From assembly GCA_964016885.1 (NCBI GenBank), contig OZ024742.1, forward strand, positions 242,916,001 to 242,980,000: 64,000 bases of DNA, written 5' to 3'. This DNA is from Eledone cirrhosa. Lineage: Eukaryota. Position 1 is the stretch's first letter. Each line of letters begins with the position of its first letter. The notes under the pieces are model-generated. The model saw nothing but the letters and a program-made list of their open reading frames with translations. It was not told the origin of the DNA and searched no databases. The position numbers were made by a program, and so were the translations under genes. Shown here one piece after another: positions 1 through 12,849 of the stretch.

Positions 1-138
1 GCTGCGATAGCTGGCACCTTCAAAATATGCAAAACATTCTTGCGATTCAAGGGATGACAATTTCTTTTCTTTTACAACCTTGCCACCAGGAAGGTGGCCG
101 GTCAAAAAAATATACTCGAAATTAAGAGAAAGAGAAAA
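1..138 (+). mobile_element. 3' end of an R4/Dong-like (RLE) non-LTR retrotransposon, running into (TACA)n
   Basis: Frame 1 reads AAIAGTFKICKTFLRFKG*, nearly identical to the C-terminus and 3' UTR of the RLE fragment at 39468-39972; directly followed by (ACAT)n. Confidence 0.8.
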
Positions 139-309
139 CATACATACATACATACATACATACATACATACATACATACATACATACATACATACATACA
201 TACATACATACATACATACATACATACATACATACATACATACATACATACATACATACATACATACATACATACATACATACATACATACATACATACA
301 TACATACAT
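139..309. repeat. (TACA)n microsatellite
   Basis: Perfect tetranucleotide run. Confidence 0.99.
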
Positions 310-721
310 AGTCATTTTCTCCTCACAATTAACATACAACTCTTGCTCACGTATAAACTACATCAACGAGTGGAAGTCTTTTAATTCGTGTATATTTGCT
401 CAGACATTAAACTATGCCTCTTTTATCTTGTTTATCAATCTGTTTTGTCTAGATGTCTACCCTGCCTATTAATATATTTATCTACTCCTTTCTCCTCACT
501 TCCCCCACCACCACTGTTTCATCGTCATCCATCATTCACATTCATAATCTTTTCCAGCCCCCTCCTCCCATGCCCACCACCACATACTCTTTTTTGTTTC
601 GGTGTATCTCTCTCAATCGTACACTATCGCATCTATTCCTTTTCCCTTTCTATTTACTTTACTCGTTTTAGATGATTTTCTTTCTCTTTCTTCCTTTCTC
701 TCTGTCTATCTGTCTTCCCCG

Positions 722-730
722 CTCTCTCTC

Positions 731-801
<71 letters not shown>

Positions 802-917
802 TATATATATGTGTGTGTGTGTGTATGTATGTTTAATATATATATAAATATAAAAACACACATTATGTATATGTATATACATATACACACACTCACACAC
901 ACATATATATATATAAA

Positions 918-1008
<91 letters not shown>

Positions 1009-1021
1009 TGTGCGTGTGTGT
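722..1021. repeat. compound (CT)n/(CA)n/(TA)n/(GT)n microsatellite
   Basis: Directly visible. Confidence 0.95.
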
Positions 1022-1332
1022 TTATATGTAAGTATTTATATGCTTAAAAACAACGAACATTGACTGAATAAAAGACTAAATACATGTGTAAAGTCTAATA
1101 TTATTACAATTTTTTAACACTGACTTGGAAGTGTTAAAGTCTGCTATTGGCTTGTCAAAACTGTTCACATTTGAACAGCCAATATTCGCAAACTTTTAAA
1201 GTTACTACCAATAAAATTGTTTTAAAAATATACATATTACATACCTTTCTGTCACTTTCTCCATCTCCCTCTCTCTCTAGATGATTATATGCGTGTCTGT
1301 ATGTGTGTCTAAACAACTGATCTATCTATCTA

Positions 1333-2318
1333 TGGGCGCCTGGCACACTGAGTGTGCCCAGGCGCTCACCGCCCTCTGGCAGGCGGATCCGGTTATCAGT
1401 GGAGACTCCACCGCAACATTCTATAGAGGGCTGGTACGCAGCAGGTGCGACGACGCCCTCGGAGAAGCCCTAGACATGGAGGAGGACGAACTGGCCAGCC
1501 TGTTCGGTAGGACATTCAGCCCGGGACCTATGGACAACTTCCAGAAGTCCCTGGCCTGGCAGTGCTACCGAGGGGCTTTACCCGTTCGAGAAAGGCTCTA
1601 CAGACACGGGCGCCCGGGTAGGGACCCCGCCAAAAAGATCTGTCCCAGATGCGTGTGCGACGAGGAAACCGTTGCACACGCATTAGTACACTGCTCGGGC
1701 GTAGCCGATCTGTGGGGCTATGTCGAACAACTGCTGTCAAGGGTGGGACCGATCCGGTTGACCACCGAGTCTATTGTAATGATCAAGCCGCCTCCCCCCT
1801 TCAAAGATGAAGCAGAGGCGGTGTTTCTGTGCGTAATAGCCATGGCGAAAGAGGTTGTATGGTGGACGCGTCTGAAAGGACTGAGGTCGGGCACCTTTCT
1901 CTCTGGCCAACAACTGGTCCGTTTCTTCCGATATCATTTCGGAAGAAGGATCAGGATGGAGAGAGAGGTGCTGCACCCCAGCCGTTTCTATGAAAGATGG
2001 GTGAAAGTGGCGAGAATGGCCCGTGTGAATGGGCCTTCACTCTACATCAGACTATAGGTGAGGAAGATGAAAGACCAAGGGAGCACCCCTTCTCTGTGCT
2101 CCTGAGGAGAAGGGTTGCACACTTTTTTCGGGGGTGTGTGCGACCCCCCAAGGCGCCTCCTCTCTATTGAGGATTTTGTCAAAAATTTTATTTTTTGTTA
2201 TATCTTATTTTATTTTTATATTTTGTTATTGCCTCCTCCTTATTGAGGACGCCTTTTTGTGTAAACTCCCCCCTTTGTACTTGTCCCACTTTTGATGCCC
2301 TAGTGGCAAATAAAAGAA

Positions 2319-2319
<1 letters not shown>
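1333..2319 (+). mobile_element. Tx1/L1-clade LINE, 5'-truncated copy 1 (C-terminal zinc-finger region + 3' UTR)
   Basis: Begins after TCTATCTATCTA; encodes WQCYRGALPV...CPRC...ETVAHALVHC (zf-RVT type); ends GGCAAATAAAAGAAA then (TCTA)n; near-identical to copies 2 and 3. Confidence 0.93.

Positions 2320-2412
<93 letters not shown>
2320..2412. repeat. (TCTA)n spacer between Tx1 copies 1 and 2
   Basis: Perfect run; equivalent runs at 3745-3781 and 6838-6936. Confidence 0.99.
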
Positions 2413-3742
2413 TGGGCGGAAGTGGCGAACACCTACATAGCGTCCGTCATCTACTACCGCCTGACCGTAGTGCCCTGCCCAAGGGAAACCCTCACCAAGA
2501 TGGAGCGCGCGCTCTTCCAATTCCTTTGGAAGAGGCGGGCTCCTATGGTGAGGAGATCCATCTGCTGTCAACACCCTTCGAAAGGAGGGCTGGGGATGCC
2601 GTGGCTAATGATGCGTAAACACGCATTAAGGCTACGGCACCTCTACGTATTCCTCACCGGACAACCGGTGTGGGCCTCGTTTGTGAGACGAACCTTTCCC
2701 AGACTCATCTCACTCACCGAGCTGCAATCCTGGGTCAAGCAAAGACCGAGAAAACTGGGCGCCTGGCACACTGAGTGTGCCCAGGCGCTCACCGCCCTCT
2801 GGCAGGCGGATCCGGTTATCAGTGGAGACTCCACCGCAACATTCTATAGAGGGCTGGTACGCAGCAGGTGCGACGACGCCCTCGGAGAAGCCCTAGACAT
2901 GGAGGAGGACGAACTGGCCAGCCTGTTCGGTAGGACATTCAGCCCAGGACCTATGGACAACTTCCAGAAGTCCCTGGCCTGGCAGTGCTACCGAGGGGCT
3001 TTACCCGTTCGAGAAAGGCTCTACAGACACGGGCGCCCGGGTAGGGACCCCGCCAAAAAGATCTGTCCCAGATGCGTGTGCGACGAGGAAACCGTTGCAC
3101 ACGCATTGGTACACTGCTCGGGCGTAGCCGATCTGTGGGGCTATGTCGAACAACTGCTGTCAAGGGTGGGACCGATCCGGTTGACCACCGTGTCTATCGT
3201 AATGATCAAGCCGCCTCCCCCCTTCAAAGATGAAGCAGAGGCGGTGTTTCTGTGCGTAATAGCCATGGCGAAAGAGGTTGTATGGTGGACGCGTCTGAAA
3301 GGACTGAGGTCAGGCACCTTTCTCTCTGGCCAACAACTGGTCCGTTTCTTCCGATATCATTTCGGAAGAAGGATCAGGATGGAGAGAGAGGTGCTGCACC
3401 CCAGCCGTTTCTATGAAAGATGGGTGAAAGTGGCGAGAATGGCCCGTGTGAATGGGCCTTCACTCTACATCAGACTATAGGTGAGGAAGATGAAAGACCA
3501 AGGGAGCACCCCTTCTCTGTGCTCCTGAGGAGAAGGGTTGCACACTTTTTTCGGGGGTGTGTGCGACCCCCCAAGGCGCCTCCTCTCTATTGAGGATTTT
3601 GTTAAAAATTTTATTTTTTGTTATATCTTATTTTATTTTTATATTTTGTTATTGCCTCCTCCTTATTGAGGACGCCTTTTTGTGTAAACTCCCCCCTTTG
3701 TACTTGTCCCACTTTTGATGCCCTAGTGGCAAATAAAAGAAA
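2413..3742 (+). mobile_element. Tx1/L1-clade LINE, 5'-truncated copy 2
   Basis: ORF 2422-3480 matches the C-terminal ~350 aa of copy 3; same 3' UTR; flanked by (TCTA)n on both sides. Confidence 0.93.
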
Positions 3743-3744
3743 CA

Positions 3745-3781
<37 letters not shown>

Positions 3782-6700
3782 GTCCAGAAATGCTCATGGT
3801 TGGCTATTCAGACCACAAGTTGGTGACCTGCATGGTCAACCTTGATAGAACGCATAGACAGGGCCCCGGTTACTGGAAGCTCAACTTGTCCTTGCCGGCA
3901 AGTAGAGCCTACAGGAATCGGATTAGTACGTTAGTTAAGGAACGGTTGACTGGAGCGATCGTCAACAGCAGGTGGTGGGTATCTCTAAAGAGAGAGATTA
4001 GAGTAGTCTCGATTGAATTTAGTAAGGTTCTAGCTGCGGATAGGAATAGGAAGGAAAGGGAGCTAATAGATAGAGTAGAAGAGGCAATTAGAAGCGGCGA
4101 CGTGGCCAGAGTGCTGGCGTCGAGAACGGCTTTGAGCCAGTTTTTCGACGCGAAGCACGAAGGCTGCGTTGTCCGAAGTAAAATACGTGCTCTAGGGAAC
4201 GCGGGGGCCAAAGCTGTTAGCTGGGCCCGCGTGACAGAGGCCAACAGTGGAACTAAATCCACCATCCGGTCTTTGCGAGACCTGGATGGACGGGCGATTC
4301 TTGAGCCTAAGCAGATGTGTGAGGCCTTTCAAAGGCACTTTGCCCGACTGTTCGGGAGGGGCGGGGAGCCGGTTGGAAACGTGGACTTCGGTCCATACCT
4401 CGACGGCCTGCCGCGCCTCTCGGACAGGGAGGCGAAGTCTTGCGAGGAGCCGATTTCGGCCGCTGAGATAGAGGACGTGCTGGGCCAATGCGGCAAACGC
4501 AAATCCCCGGGTCTCGATGGTCTTCCTTACGAATTATATCTAGCTATGCCGGACTTGTTCCCCGATCTCCTCGAGGCGGTCTACTGCAACTGGCAACAGA
4601 ACGGGAGAATTCCCTGTACTGTGACCAAGGGCGTAGTCACGCTAGTGAGGAAGGACGAGAACAAGGGGGACGAAATAAGTAACTTCAGGCCCATAACTCT
4701 GCTAAATACAGAGTTACAGATTTTGGCCAAGGTGCTAGCAAAGAGGTTGGCGCTTGTCGTGGACAACCTGGTGGGAGATGCGCAGACATGCGCTATCCCG
4801 TCCAGGTCCATCCATGACAACCTCCACCTCATGCGATACATCATAGAGAGGGTTGGGAACGAACCCGGCTTTGGTGGGGCTCTGATCAACTTGGATCAAT
4901 CTAAGGCGTTCGATAGGGTCGACCATGGTTACCTGGATGCGGTGCTAGCGGCGGCAGGCTTCGGACCCGTTTTCAGGGGCTGGATCACTGCTATGCACAG
5001 CAGCCGCATCTGCTCTAGGGTCAAGGTGAACGGCTACCTCTCGGAGCCGTTCAAAATCGCGCGGTCCATCCGACAAGGGTGCCCTCTCTCCTCCCTTCTG
5101 TATGTGTTGACTCTCGAGCCACTACTGCGGAAGTTGGAGTTGTTGCAGGGCATCCCTTTGGAACCGGGATTGCGGAAAGCGGTGTCAGCCTACGCCGATG
5201 ATGTGACAGTAATGGTGTCGACGGCCTCCGAAATCGAGGCGGTCGGCACCTTACTGGAGGAGTACGAAAAGTTCACAGGGGCTAAGCTGAACCGGGACAA
5301 GTCGATCGGTTTGCAACTCGGCACGTGGAGGGGCAGACCGATGCCCTCCGATGGCGTCGTCGGACGCTGGACGGAGGGCCCGGTGAAGTTGCTCGGGGTC
5401 TGGTTCGGACCGGACCTCCAGGTGGAGAAAAACTGGGCGGAGGTTACGAACAGGGTGTTTGCACTGACCCAGAAGTGGGCCAGTTGCAAACTATCCCTGA
5501 AAGGTCGGGCGGAGGTGGCGAACACTTATATAGCGTCCGTCATCTACTACCGCCTGACCGTAGTGCCCTGCCCAAGGGAAACCCTCACCAAGATGGAGCG
5601 CGCGCTCTTCCAATTCCTTTGGAAGGGGCGGGCTCCTATGGTGAGGAGATCCATCTGCTGTCAACACCCTTCGAAAGGAGGGCTGGGGATGCCGTGGCTA
5701 ATGATGCGTAAACACGCATTAAGGCTACGGCACCTCTACGTATTCCTCACCGGACAACCGGTGTGGGCCTCGTTTGTGAGACGAACCTTTCCCAGACTCG
5801 TCTCACTCACCGAGCTGCAATCCTGGGTCAAGCAAAGACCGAGAAAACTGGGCGCCTGGCACACTGAGTGTGCCCAGGCGCTCACCGCCCTCTGGCAGGC
5901 GGATCCGGTTATCAGTGGAGACTCCACCGCAACATTCCATAGAGGGCTGGTACGCAGCAGGTGCGACGACGCCCTCGGAGAAGCCCTAGACATGGAGGAG
6001 GACGAACTGGCCAGCCTGTTCGGTAGGACATTCAGCCCGGGACCTATGGACAACTTCCAGAAGTCCCTGGCCTGGCAGTGCTACCGAGGGGCTTTACCCG
6101 TTCGAGAAAGGCTCTACAGACACGGGCGCCCGGGTAGGGACCCCGCCAAAAAGATCTGTCCCAGATGCGTGTGCGACGAGGAAACCGTTGCACACGCATT
6201 GGTACACTGCTCGGGCGTAGCCAATCTGTGGGGCTATGTCGAACAACTGCTGTCAAGGGTGGGACCGATCCGGTTGACCACCGAGTCTATTGTAATGATC
6301 AAGCCGCCTCCCCCCTTCAAAGATGAAGCAGAGGCGGTGTTTCTGTGCGTAATAGCCATGGCGAAAGAGGTTGTATGGTGGACGCGTCTGAAAGGACTGA
6401 GGTCAGGCACCTTTCTCTCTGGCCAACAACTGGTCCGTTTCTTCCGATATCATTTCGGAAGAAGGATCAGGATGGAGAGAGAGGGGCTGCACCCCAGTCG
6501 TTTTTATGAAAGGTGGGTGAAAGTGGCGAGAATGGCCCGTGTGAATGGGCCTTCTCTTTACATAAGCCTGTAGGTGGAAAAGAGGAAGGAACGAGGGAGC
6601 ACCCCCTCTCTGTGCTCCTGAGGAAAAGGGTTGCACACTTTTTTCGGGGGTGTGTGCGACCCCCCAAGGCGCCTCCTCTCTATTGAGGATTTTGTTAAAA

Positions 6701-6836
6701 ATTTTATTTTTTGTTATATCCTATTTTATTTTTATATTTTGTTATTGCCTCCTCCTTATTGAGGACGCCTTTTTGTGTAAACTCCCCCCTTTGTACTTGT
6801 CCCACTTTTGATGCCCTAGTGGCAAATAAAAGAAAC
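3782..6836 (+). mobile_element. Tx1/L1-clade LINE, 5'-truncated copy 3 (~3.05 kb)
   Basis: Uninterrupted ORF2 from the end of the APE domain to the stop; 3' UTR with AATAAA; (TCTA)n on both sides. Confidence 0.95.
3790..6573 (+). CDS. LINE ORF2 (end of APE endonuclease, reverse transcriptase, C-terminal zinc finger); N-terminally truncated
   Basis: SDH (last APE motif), GPGYWKLN (Tx1-type linker), KSPGLDG, FRPITLLN, DQSKAFDRV, RQGCPLS, YADD, CPRC-x8-H-x4-C. Confidence 0.93.
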   Translation: MLMVGYSDHKLVTCMVNLDRTHRQGPGYWKLNLSLPASRAYRNRISTLVKERLTGAIVNSRWWVSLKREIRVVSIEFSKVLAADRNRKERELIDRVEEAIRSGDVARVLASRTALSQFFDAKHEGCVVRSKIRALGNAGAKAVSWARVTEANSGTKSTIRSLRDLDGRAILEPKQMCEAFQRHFARLFGRGGEPVGNVDFGPYLDGLPRLSDREAKSCEEPISAAEIEDVLGQCGKRKSPGLDGLPYELYLAMPDLFPDLLEAVYCNWQQNGRIPCTVTKGVVTLVRKDENKGDEISNFRPITLLNTELQILAKVLAKRLALVVDNLVGDAQTCAIPSRSIHDNLHLMRYIIERVGNEPGFGGALINLDQSKAFDRVDHGYLDAVLAAAGFGPVFRGWITAMHSSRICSRVKVNGYLSEPFKIARSIRQGCPLSSLLYVLTLEPLLRKLELLQGIPLEPGLRKAVSAYADDVTVMVSTASEIEAVGTLLEEYEKFTGAKLNRDKSIGLQLGTWRGRPMPSDGVVGRWTEGPVKLLGVWFGPDLQVEKNWAEVTNRVFALTQKWASCKLSLKGRAEVANTYIASVIYYRLTVVPCPRETLTKMERALFQFLWKGRAPMVRRSICCQHPSKGGLGMPWLMMRKHALRLRHLYVFLTGQPVWASFVRRTFPRLVSLTELQSWVKQRPRKLGAWHTECAQALTALWQADPVISGDSTATFHRGLVRSRCDDALGEALDMEEDELASLFGRTFSPGPMDNFQKSLAWQCYRGALPVRERLYRHGRPGRDPAKKICPRCVCDEETVAHALVHCSGVANLWGYVEQLLSRVGPIRLTTESIVMIKPPPPFKDEAEAVFLCVIAMAKEVVWWTRLKGLRSGTFLSGQQLVRFFRYHFGRRIRMEREGLHPSRFYERWVKVARMARVNGPSLYISL

Positions 6837-6936
<100 letters not shown>

Positions 6937-7544
6937 TTGTCAGTCTATCTATCCAAGTGTCTATTATATCTGTCTATCAAGATAAAAAGGTAATTAAATA
7001 AACAGTTAGATTGAAAGACAGCGCGCTATTCATTGCTCTACAATATGATACACTTCCTTCTGTTGGACTTGACCTTCACTTATACAATGTCATCAAGTGC
7101 AGTAGCGTAGCTATCACATCGACAACCTAGTCTCATAGAGTCGATGTGACCTAACTCTTATGTTTGGCTCCCACGAGTTAAGCACCTCTCTTGTAAGCTT
7201 TCCCTCATTACTGAAATATTCCACGATATGAATTACTACTTTAATCACACAAACTATTAAAATTTGCCCTTTTTTTTTCTTTCTGTTTATTATTTTCTTT
7301 TCTCTTTATGTATTATTTTTCTGCCATTCTTTCCCTATTAGGAATTTATATTTTATTTCTTTATTTTTGATGGGTAAACTCGGATAAAACGTTAAATAGC
7401 TTTTTATATTGTTTTATTTGTAAAAAGTGTTTTTGTGCAGAGATACATCTGTGGCAGTGAATAGGCTCATATCTTTATTCGATTTCACATTGGCTTTCTA
7501 TACCGGTAAAAAACAAAATGTTCAAACAGAACAAGTATAACAAT

Positions 7545-8195
7545 AATTGTTTCTACTTTTGACACAGGGCCAACAATTACCCCAGTGCATTATTGGTGCT
7601 TTATTTTATCGGCCCCATGAGTATGAAAGGCAAAGCTAACCTCCACTGGATTTGAACTCAGAACGTAAACAGCCGTAACTGTATGCTGCAAATCATGGTG
7701 TTTGATGCTCTACCGATACTGACAATAATAATAATAATACTGGTTTCTTATATAGGCACAAGGCCAGCAATTGGGGTGGGGGTAAGTCGATTAAATCGAC
7801 CCCAGTAGTACTTTATTTTATCGACCCCGTAAGGATGAAAGGCAAAGTGAACCTCGGTGGGATTTGAACTCAGATCACAAAGGGCCGTAACTCGATACTG
7901 ACTGCAAAGCATGGCGTCCGACCCTCTACCGATACTACTGCCAATCCACCGCAAATAGTAATAATAATAATAATGATAATGATTTTTATTATAGGCACAA
8001 GGCCAGCAATTTGGGGAGAGGGAAAAGTCGATTAAATCGCCTCCTGTACTTACTGGCGTTTTATTTTATCGACCCCATAAGGATGAAAAGCAAAGTTAAC
8101 CCTGGTGGGATTTAAACTCAAAACGTAAAGGACCGTAACTAAATGCCGCAATTCATGTTGTCCAACACTCTACCAATACTGCAATTCTACCACCC
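7545..8195 (-). mobile_element. three tandem tRNA-headed SINEs (Meta/MESC-like central domain)
   Basis: Minus strand: A-box-like TGGCAGTATCGG, B box GAGTTCAAATCC, body TTTGCCTTTCATCCTTACGGGGTCGATAAAATAAAGTACCAG, tail GGCCTTGTGCC..GAAAC + (ATT)n. Confidence 0.85.
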
Positions 8196-8534
8196 TAATA
8201 ATAATCTTCACAAAACTCACGAATACCTTTAGGTATCCACAATGTTAAGAGCGAAAACAAATGTTTTTTTAATTTTCTGCAAAGCCAGCCGTAAAATCGC
8301 TCGGTATGTAAATGAGGCTAATCAGCCGACGTATACATTTAAGAATACTACGTATTCTCAGCAGTCCCAGTGGATAGCAATAACGAGAATAAACAATCTT
8401 CATGAGGAATAAACACTCCGAAACAATTGTCGATTCTTTTCTCTCAGCTACCGCTGGAACAAAAGAATGACTTTGATAATTTACCTCGTTGTGTTTATGA
8501 GGCTGTTTTCTTGCAAACAAACCGAATAATAATA

Positions 8535-8945
8535 ATTGTTTCGACTTTTGGCACAAGGCCAGCAATTATCCCAGTGTATTACTGGTACTTTATTTTATCG
8601 ACCCCATAAGGATGAAAGGCAAAGTTAACCTCGGCGGGATTTGAATTCAGACCATAAAGGGCCGTAACTCTTTGTTGCAAAGCATGGTGTCCGACCCTCT
8701 ACCGATACTGCCAATCCACCGAATATTAATAATATTATATTATTATTATTGATAGGGCGGAGTATTGGCAGTATTGGTAGAAGGTCGGACACCATGCTTT
8801 CCAGAATAGTTACGTCCCTTTATGGTCTGAGTTCAAATCCCGTCGAGGTTAACTTTGGCTTTCAACCTTACTGGGTCGATAAAATAAAGTACCAGTAATA
8901 CACTGGGATAATTGCTGGCCTTGTGCCAAAAGTAGAAACAATTAT
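8535..8945. mobile_element. head-to-head inverted SINE pair (8535-8721 minus, 8754-8945 plus)
   Basis: Same family; heads separated by ~30 bp of (ATT)-rich DNA. Confidence 0.88.
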
Positions 8946-9084
8946 TATTATTGACTCTCGAATACATTTAGATATCCACCATGTTAGGAACGAAAACAAA
9001 TTGTGTGTGTGTGTGCGTGTGTGTGTGTGTGTGTGTGTGCGTGCGCGTGCCAGTACTGTTTTGAAATTTTTCTTCTCGTATAAT

Positions 9085-9299
9085 GATTTCTAGTATAGGC
9101 ACAACGCCAGTAATTTGGGGGAGGGGAAAATCGATCAAATCGATCCCAGTATGTTACTGGTACTTTATTTTATCGACCCCGTAAGGATGAAAGGCAAAGT
9201 TAACCTCGGCGGGATTTGAATTCAGACCGTAAAGGGCCGTAACTCTATACTGCAAAGCATGGTGTCCGACTGTTTACCGATACTGCCAATCCACCGCCC
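9085..9299 (-). mobile_element. SINE with 15-bp TSD TTCTTCTCGTATAAT
   Basis: TSD at ~9070-9084 and 9301-9315. Confidence 0.88.
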
Positions 9300-9539
9300 T
9301 TTCTTCTCGTATAATAGATTGCTTTATAGATGAAGTGATAGAAGAAGAAATTCAATAGATACACAAACAATTAATACTATGAAACAATATATTTATAGTT
9401 TGGCTCAGATAGACAAATCAACATACCAACGTGTCAATGACAACTGAGTTAATCAGTAGATTAAGGCATATGTCAACTACCACGTGTCAACTGTTATCTG
9501 TCATTTATTAATTGGCAATACAATCTAAATACCAGAAAA

Positions 9540-9835
9540 GAAGCGACTGAACCTCTATCGGTTTCGGCGTTGTGTTTTCCGCTGCTTGATCAACAGAACA
9601 ATTTGCTCATCAAATTAACGTATACGTGGCTGAACATTCCATAGACACATGAACCTTTAACGTAATTCTCAGGGAGATTCAGTAAGACCAGGTATAGTTA
9701 TATTCTATGTGATGGGCTTATCAACAGTTTCCGTCTACCCAATTTCACTCTCAAGGCATGGATTGGTTCGAAGCTGTGATAATTGATGTTTGCCTAATAT
9801 GCCATGCATTGGAATCGAACCTGGTACCTAATGAT
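9540..9835 (-). mobile_element. decayed CORE-type SINE (second family)
   Basis: Similar to 24390-24945 and to the reverse complement of 47017-47255; B-box remnant (+ strand GGAATCGAACC). Confidence 0.55.
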
Positions 9836-10119
9836 GGCGAATGAAAATTAACAAACTGAAAAATAGTTATAGACATAAAAAGAAGAAAAAAAACAAATAT
9901 TCCTCTGTCGTGGTGTTTGGTAGTTGGAGATTAGAGTTATTGCTTATAGATTTATAGTTAAGACAATTAATATCCATAACATCTTTTGTCAATACACGGC
10001 AAATATGAAGAAATAAGTACTATAAGCTAACGAAACATTAATTTTACAATATTGATGCTGACGACAGGGGAGTTACAGTGTAGAGTGGCGACCTATACCA
10101 CAGAGTATTATAGTCATTG

Positions 10120-11958
10120 AATGCTAAGTGTATTGCGCATACAATGCTAAGTGTATTGCGCATACAATGCTAAGTGTATTGCCCATACTATGCTAAGTGT
10201 ATTGCCCATACTATGTTAAGTGTATTGCGCATACTATGCTAAGTATATTGCCCATACTATGCTAAGTGTATTGCCCATACAATGATAAGTGTATTGCCCA
10301 TACAATGCTAAGTGTATTGCCCATACAATGCTAATTGTATTGCCCATACTATGCTAAGTGTATTACCCATACAATGCTAAGTATATTGCACATACAATGC
10401 TAAGTGTATTGCCCATACAATGCTAAGTGTATTGCCCATACTATGCTAAGTGTATTGCCCATAGTATGCTAAGTGTATTGCGCATACAATACTAAGTAAA
10501 ATTGCACATACAATGCTAAGTGTATTGCCCATACAATGCTAAGTGTATTGCCCATACAATGCTAAGTGTATTGCCCATACTATGCTAAGTGTATTACCCA
10601 TACAATGCTAAGTGTATTGCCTATACAATGATAAGTGTATTGCCCATACAATGCTAAGTGTATTGCCCATACAATGCTAATTGTATTGCCCATACTATGC
10701 TAAGTGTATTACCCATACAATGCTACGTGTATTACCCATACAATGCTAAGTATATTGCCCATACTATGCTAAGTGTATTGCCCATACTATGCTAAGTGTA
10801 TTGCGCATACAATACTAAGTATATTGCACATACAATGCTAAGTGTATTGCCCATACAATGCTAAGTGTATTGCCCATACAATGCTAAGTGTATTGCCCAT
10901 ACTATGCTAAGTGTATTACCCATACAATGCTAAGTGTATTGCCCATACAATGGTAAGTGTATTGCCCATACAATGCTAAGTGTATTGCCCATACAATGCT
11001 AATTGTATTGCCCATACTATGCTAAGTGTATTACCCATACAATGCTAAGTGTATTACCCATACAATGCTAAGTGTATTGCGCATACTATGTTAAGTATAT
11101 TGCCCATACTATGCTAAGTGTATTGCCCATACAATGCTAAGTGTATTGCGCATACAATACTAAGTGTATTGCGCATACAATGCTAAGTGTATTGCCCATA
11201 CAATGCTAAGTGTATTGCCCATCCTATGCTAAGTGTATTGCGCATACAATACTAAGTGTATTGCGCATACAATGCTAAGTGTATTGCCCATACAATGCTA
11301 AGTGTATTGCCCATACAATGCTAAGTGTATTCCCCATACAATAATAAGTGTATTGTCCCTACAATGCTAATTGTATTGCCCATACTATGCTAAGTGTATT
11401 ACCCATACAATGCTAAGTGTATTGCCCATACAATACTAAGTGTATTGCCCATACAATGCTAAGTGTATTGCCCAGACAATGCTAAGTGTATTGCCCACAC
11501 AATGCTAAGTGTATTGCGCATACAATGCTAAGTGTATTACCCATACTATGCTAAGTGTATTACCCATACTATGCTAAGTGTATTACCCATACAATGCTAA
11601 GTGTATTGCCCATACAGTACTAAGTGTATTGCCCATACAATGCTAAGTGTATTACCCATACAATGCTAAGTGTATTGCCCATACAATGCTAAGTGTATTG
11701 TCCATACAATGCTAGGTGTATTGCCCATACTATGCTAAGTGTATTGCCCATATAATGCTAAGTGTATTGCGCATACAATGCTAAGTGTATTACCCATACT
11801 ATGCTAAGTGTATTACTCATACTATGCTAAGTATATTACCCATACCATGCTAAGTGTATTGCCCATGCAATGCTAAGTGTATTACTCATACTATGCTAAG
11901 TGTATTGCCCATACTATGCTAAGTGTATTGCCCATACAATGCTAAGTGTATTGGCCAT
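10120..11958. repeat. 23-bp minisatellite (ATGCTAAGTGTATTGCCCATACA)n, ~80 copies
   Basis: Constant 23-bp period with point variants. Confidence 0.98.
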
Positions 11959-12849
11959 AGACACATCACTGTGTCGATGATGACATGTTACGTACGGTTG
12001 GCTGTTCTGTTTGGTAGTCAAGTAAGACAATAGGTTAAGCAATCTGGTATTCGAACAACCGAACTGATTGCGTGAAAGACAAGGAAGGGTAAAACAAATG
12101 ACACACTGACTGAAAATCGGGCCAAATATTTAATGGAAGAACAGCCAAGATGAGAAAAACATAAATAAAAACTAAGCAGGCTGAAATGACAGGTAGACAG
12201 GCTGAGAATGAAGGACAGATAGACAGATATACCATATAACATGGAAAATAACAAATAAAACAGTGAAACAAAATACAAACAGGCATTTATGCAGACTGAC
12301 TAGCGGACGATCAGTATGTTGCATCCTGTACTAAATGACTTGTTTTGCTGTTTTTTACTCAGAAAACAACAAAACAAAACCTACTAAACCTAATGACTAA
12401 ACACTCACCTCATCCCAAAACCAACACTACAAACAACTAAACGAGAAAAAGTAAAACAAAAATATGATATATAATCAAACAAACAAACGTTTCCACATAT
12501 CCTACCACCCTTTTACAATTTACCCTTATACTGCATTCTTGCACTTCATTAGCATAGCTTACCGAGATAATAATAACAACTGCAACAGTAATAACGATTC
12601 CTAATTTAGGCACAAGGCCACCAATCTTGGGAATTGGAGAAAGTCGATTAAATCAACCCGCCCAAGTCTTTCGGGAGTGAGTGTTCAAGCAAGAAATCCA
12701 ACACAGTATAACGTTTACATCGAGTAAAAAGAAGAAATAAAACAAAATCAACAAGAAAATGTTCCAATAAGAGAAAAACCATTAGAGCTAATTCAGGGAA
12801 AGTTCCACTCAAAATTAGTACATCATCAACTACAGCCTCCTGAGAGCAA

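Noticed and set aside
1281-3480. ORFs 1281-2057 and 2422-3480 as independent genes
   Set aside because: They are 5'-truncated pieces of the same LINE ORF2; the start codons come from flank or internal positions.
10120-11958. CRISPR-like array (also considered for 22940-24030, 59074-59552 and the SINE arrays)
   Set aside because: No unique spacers between the short repeats, no cas genes, and a eukaryotic context.
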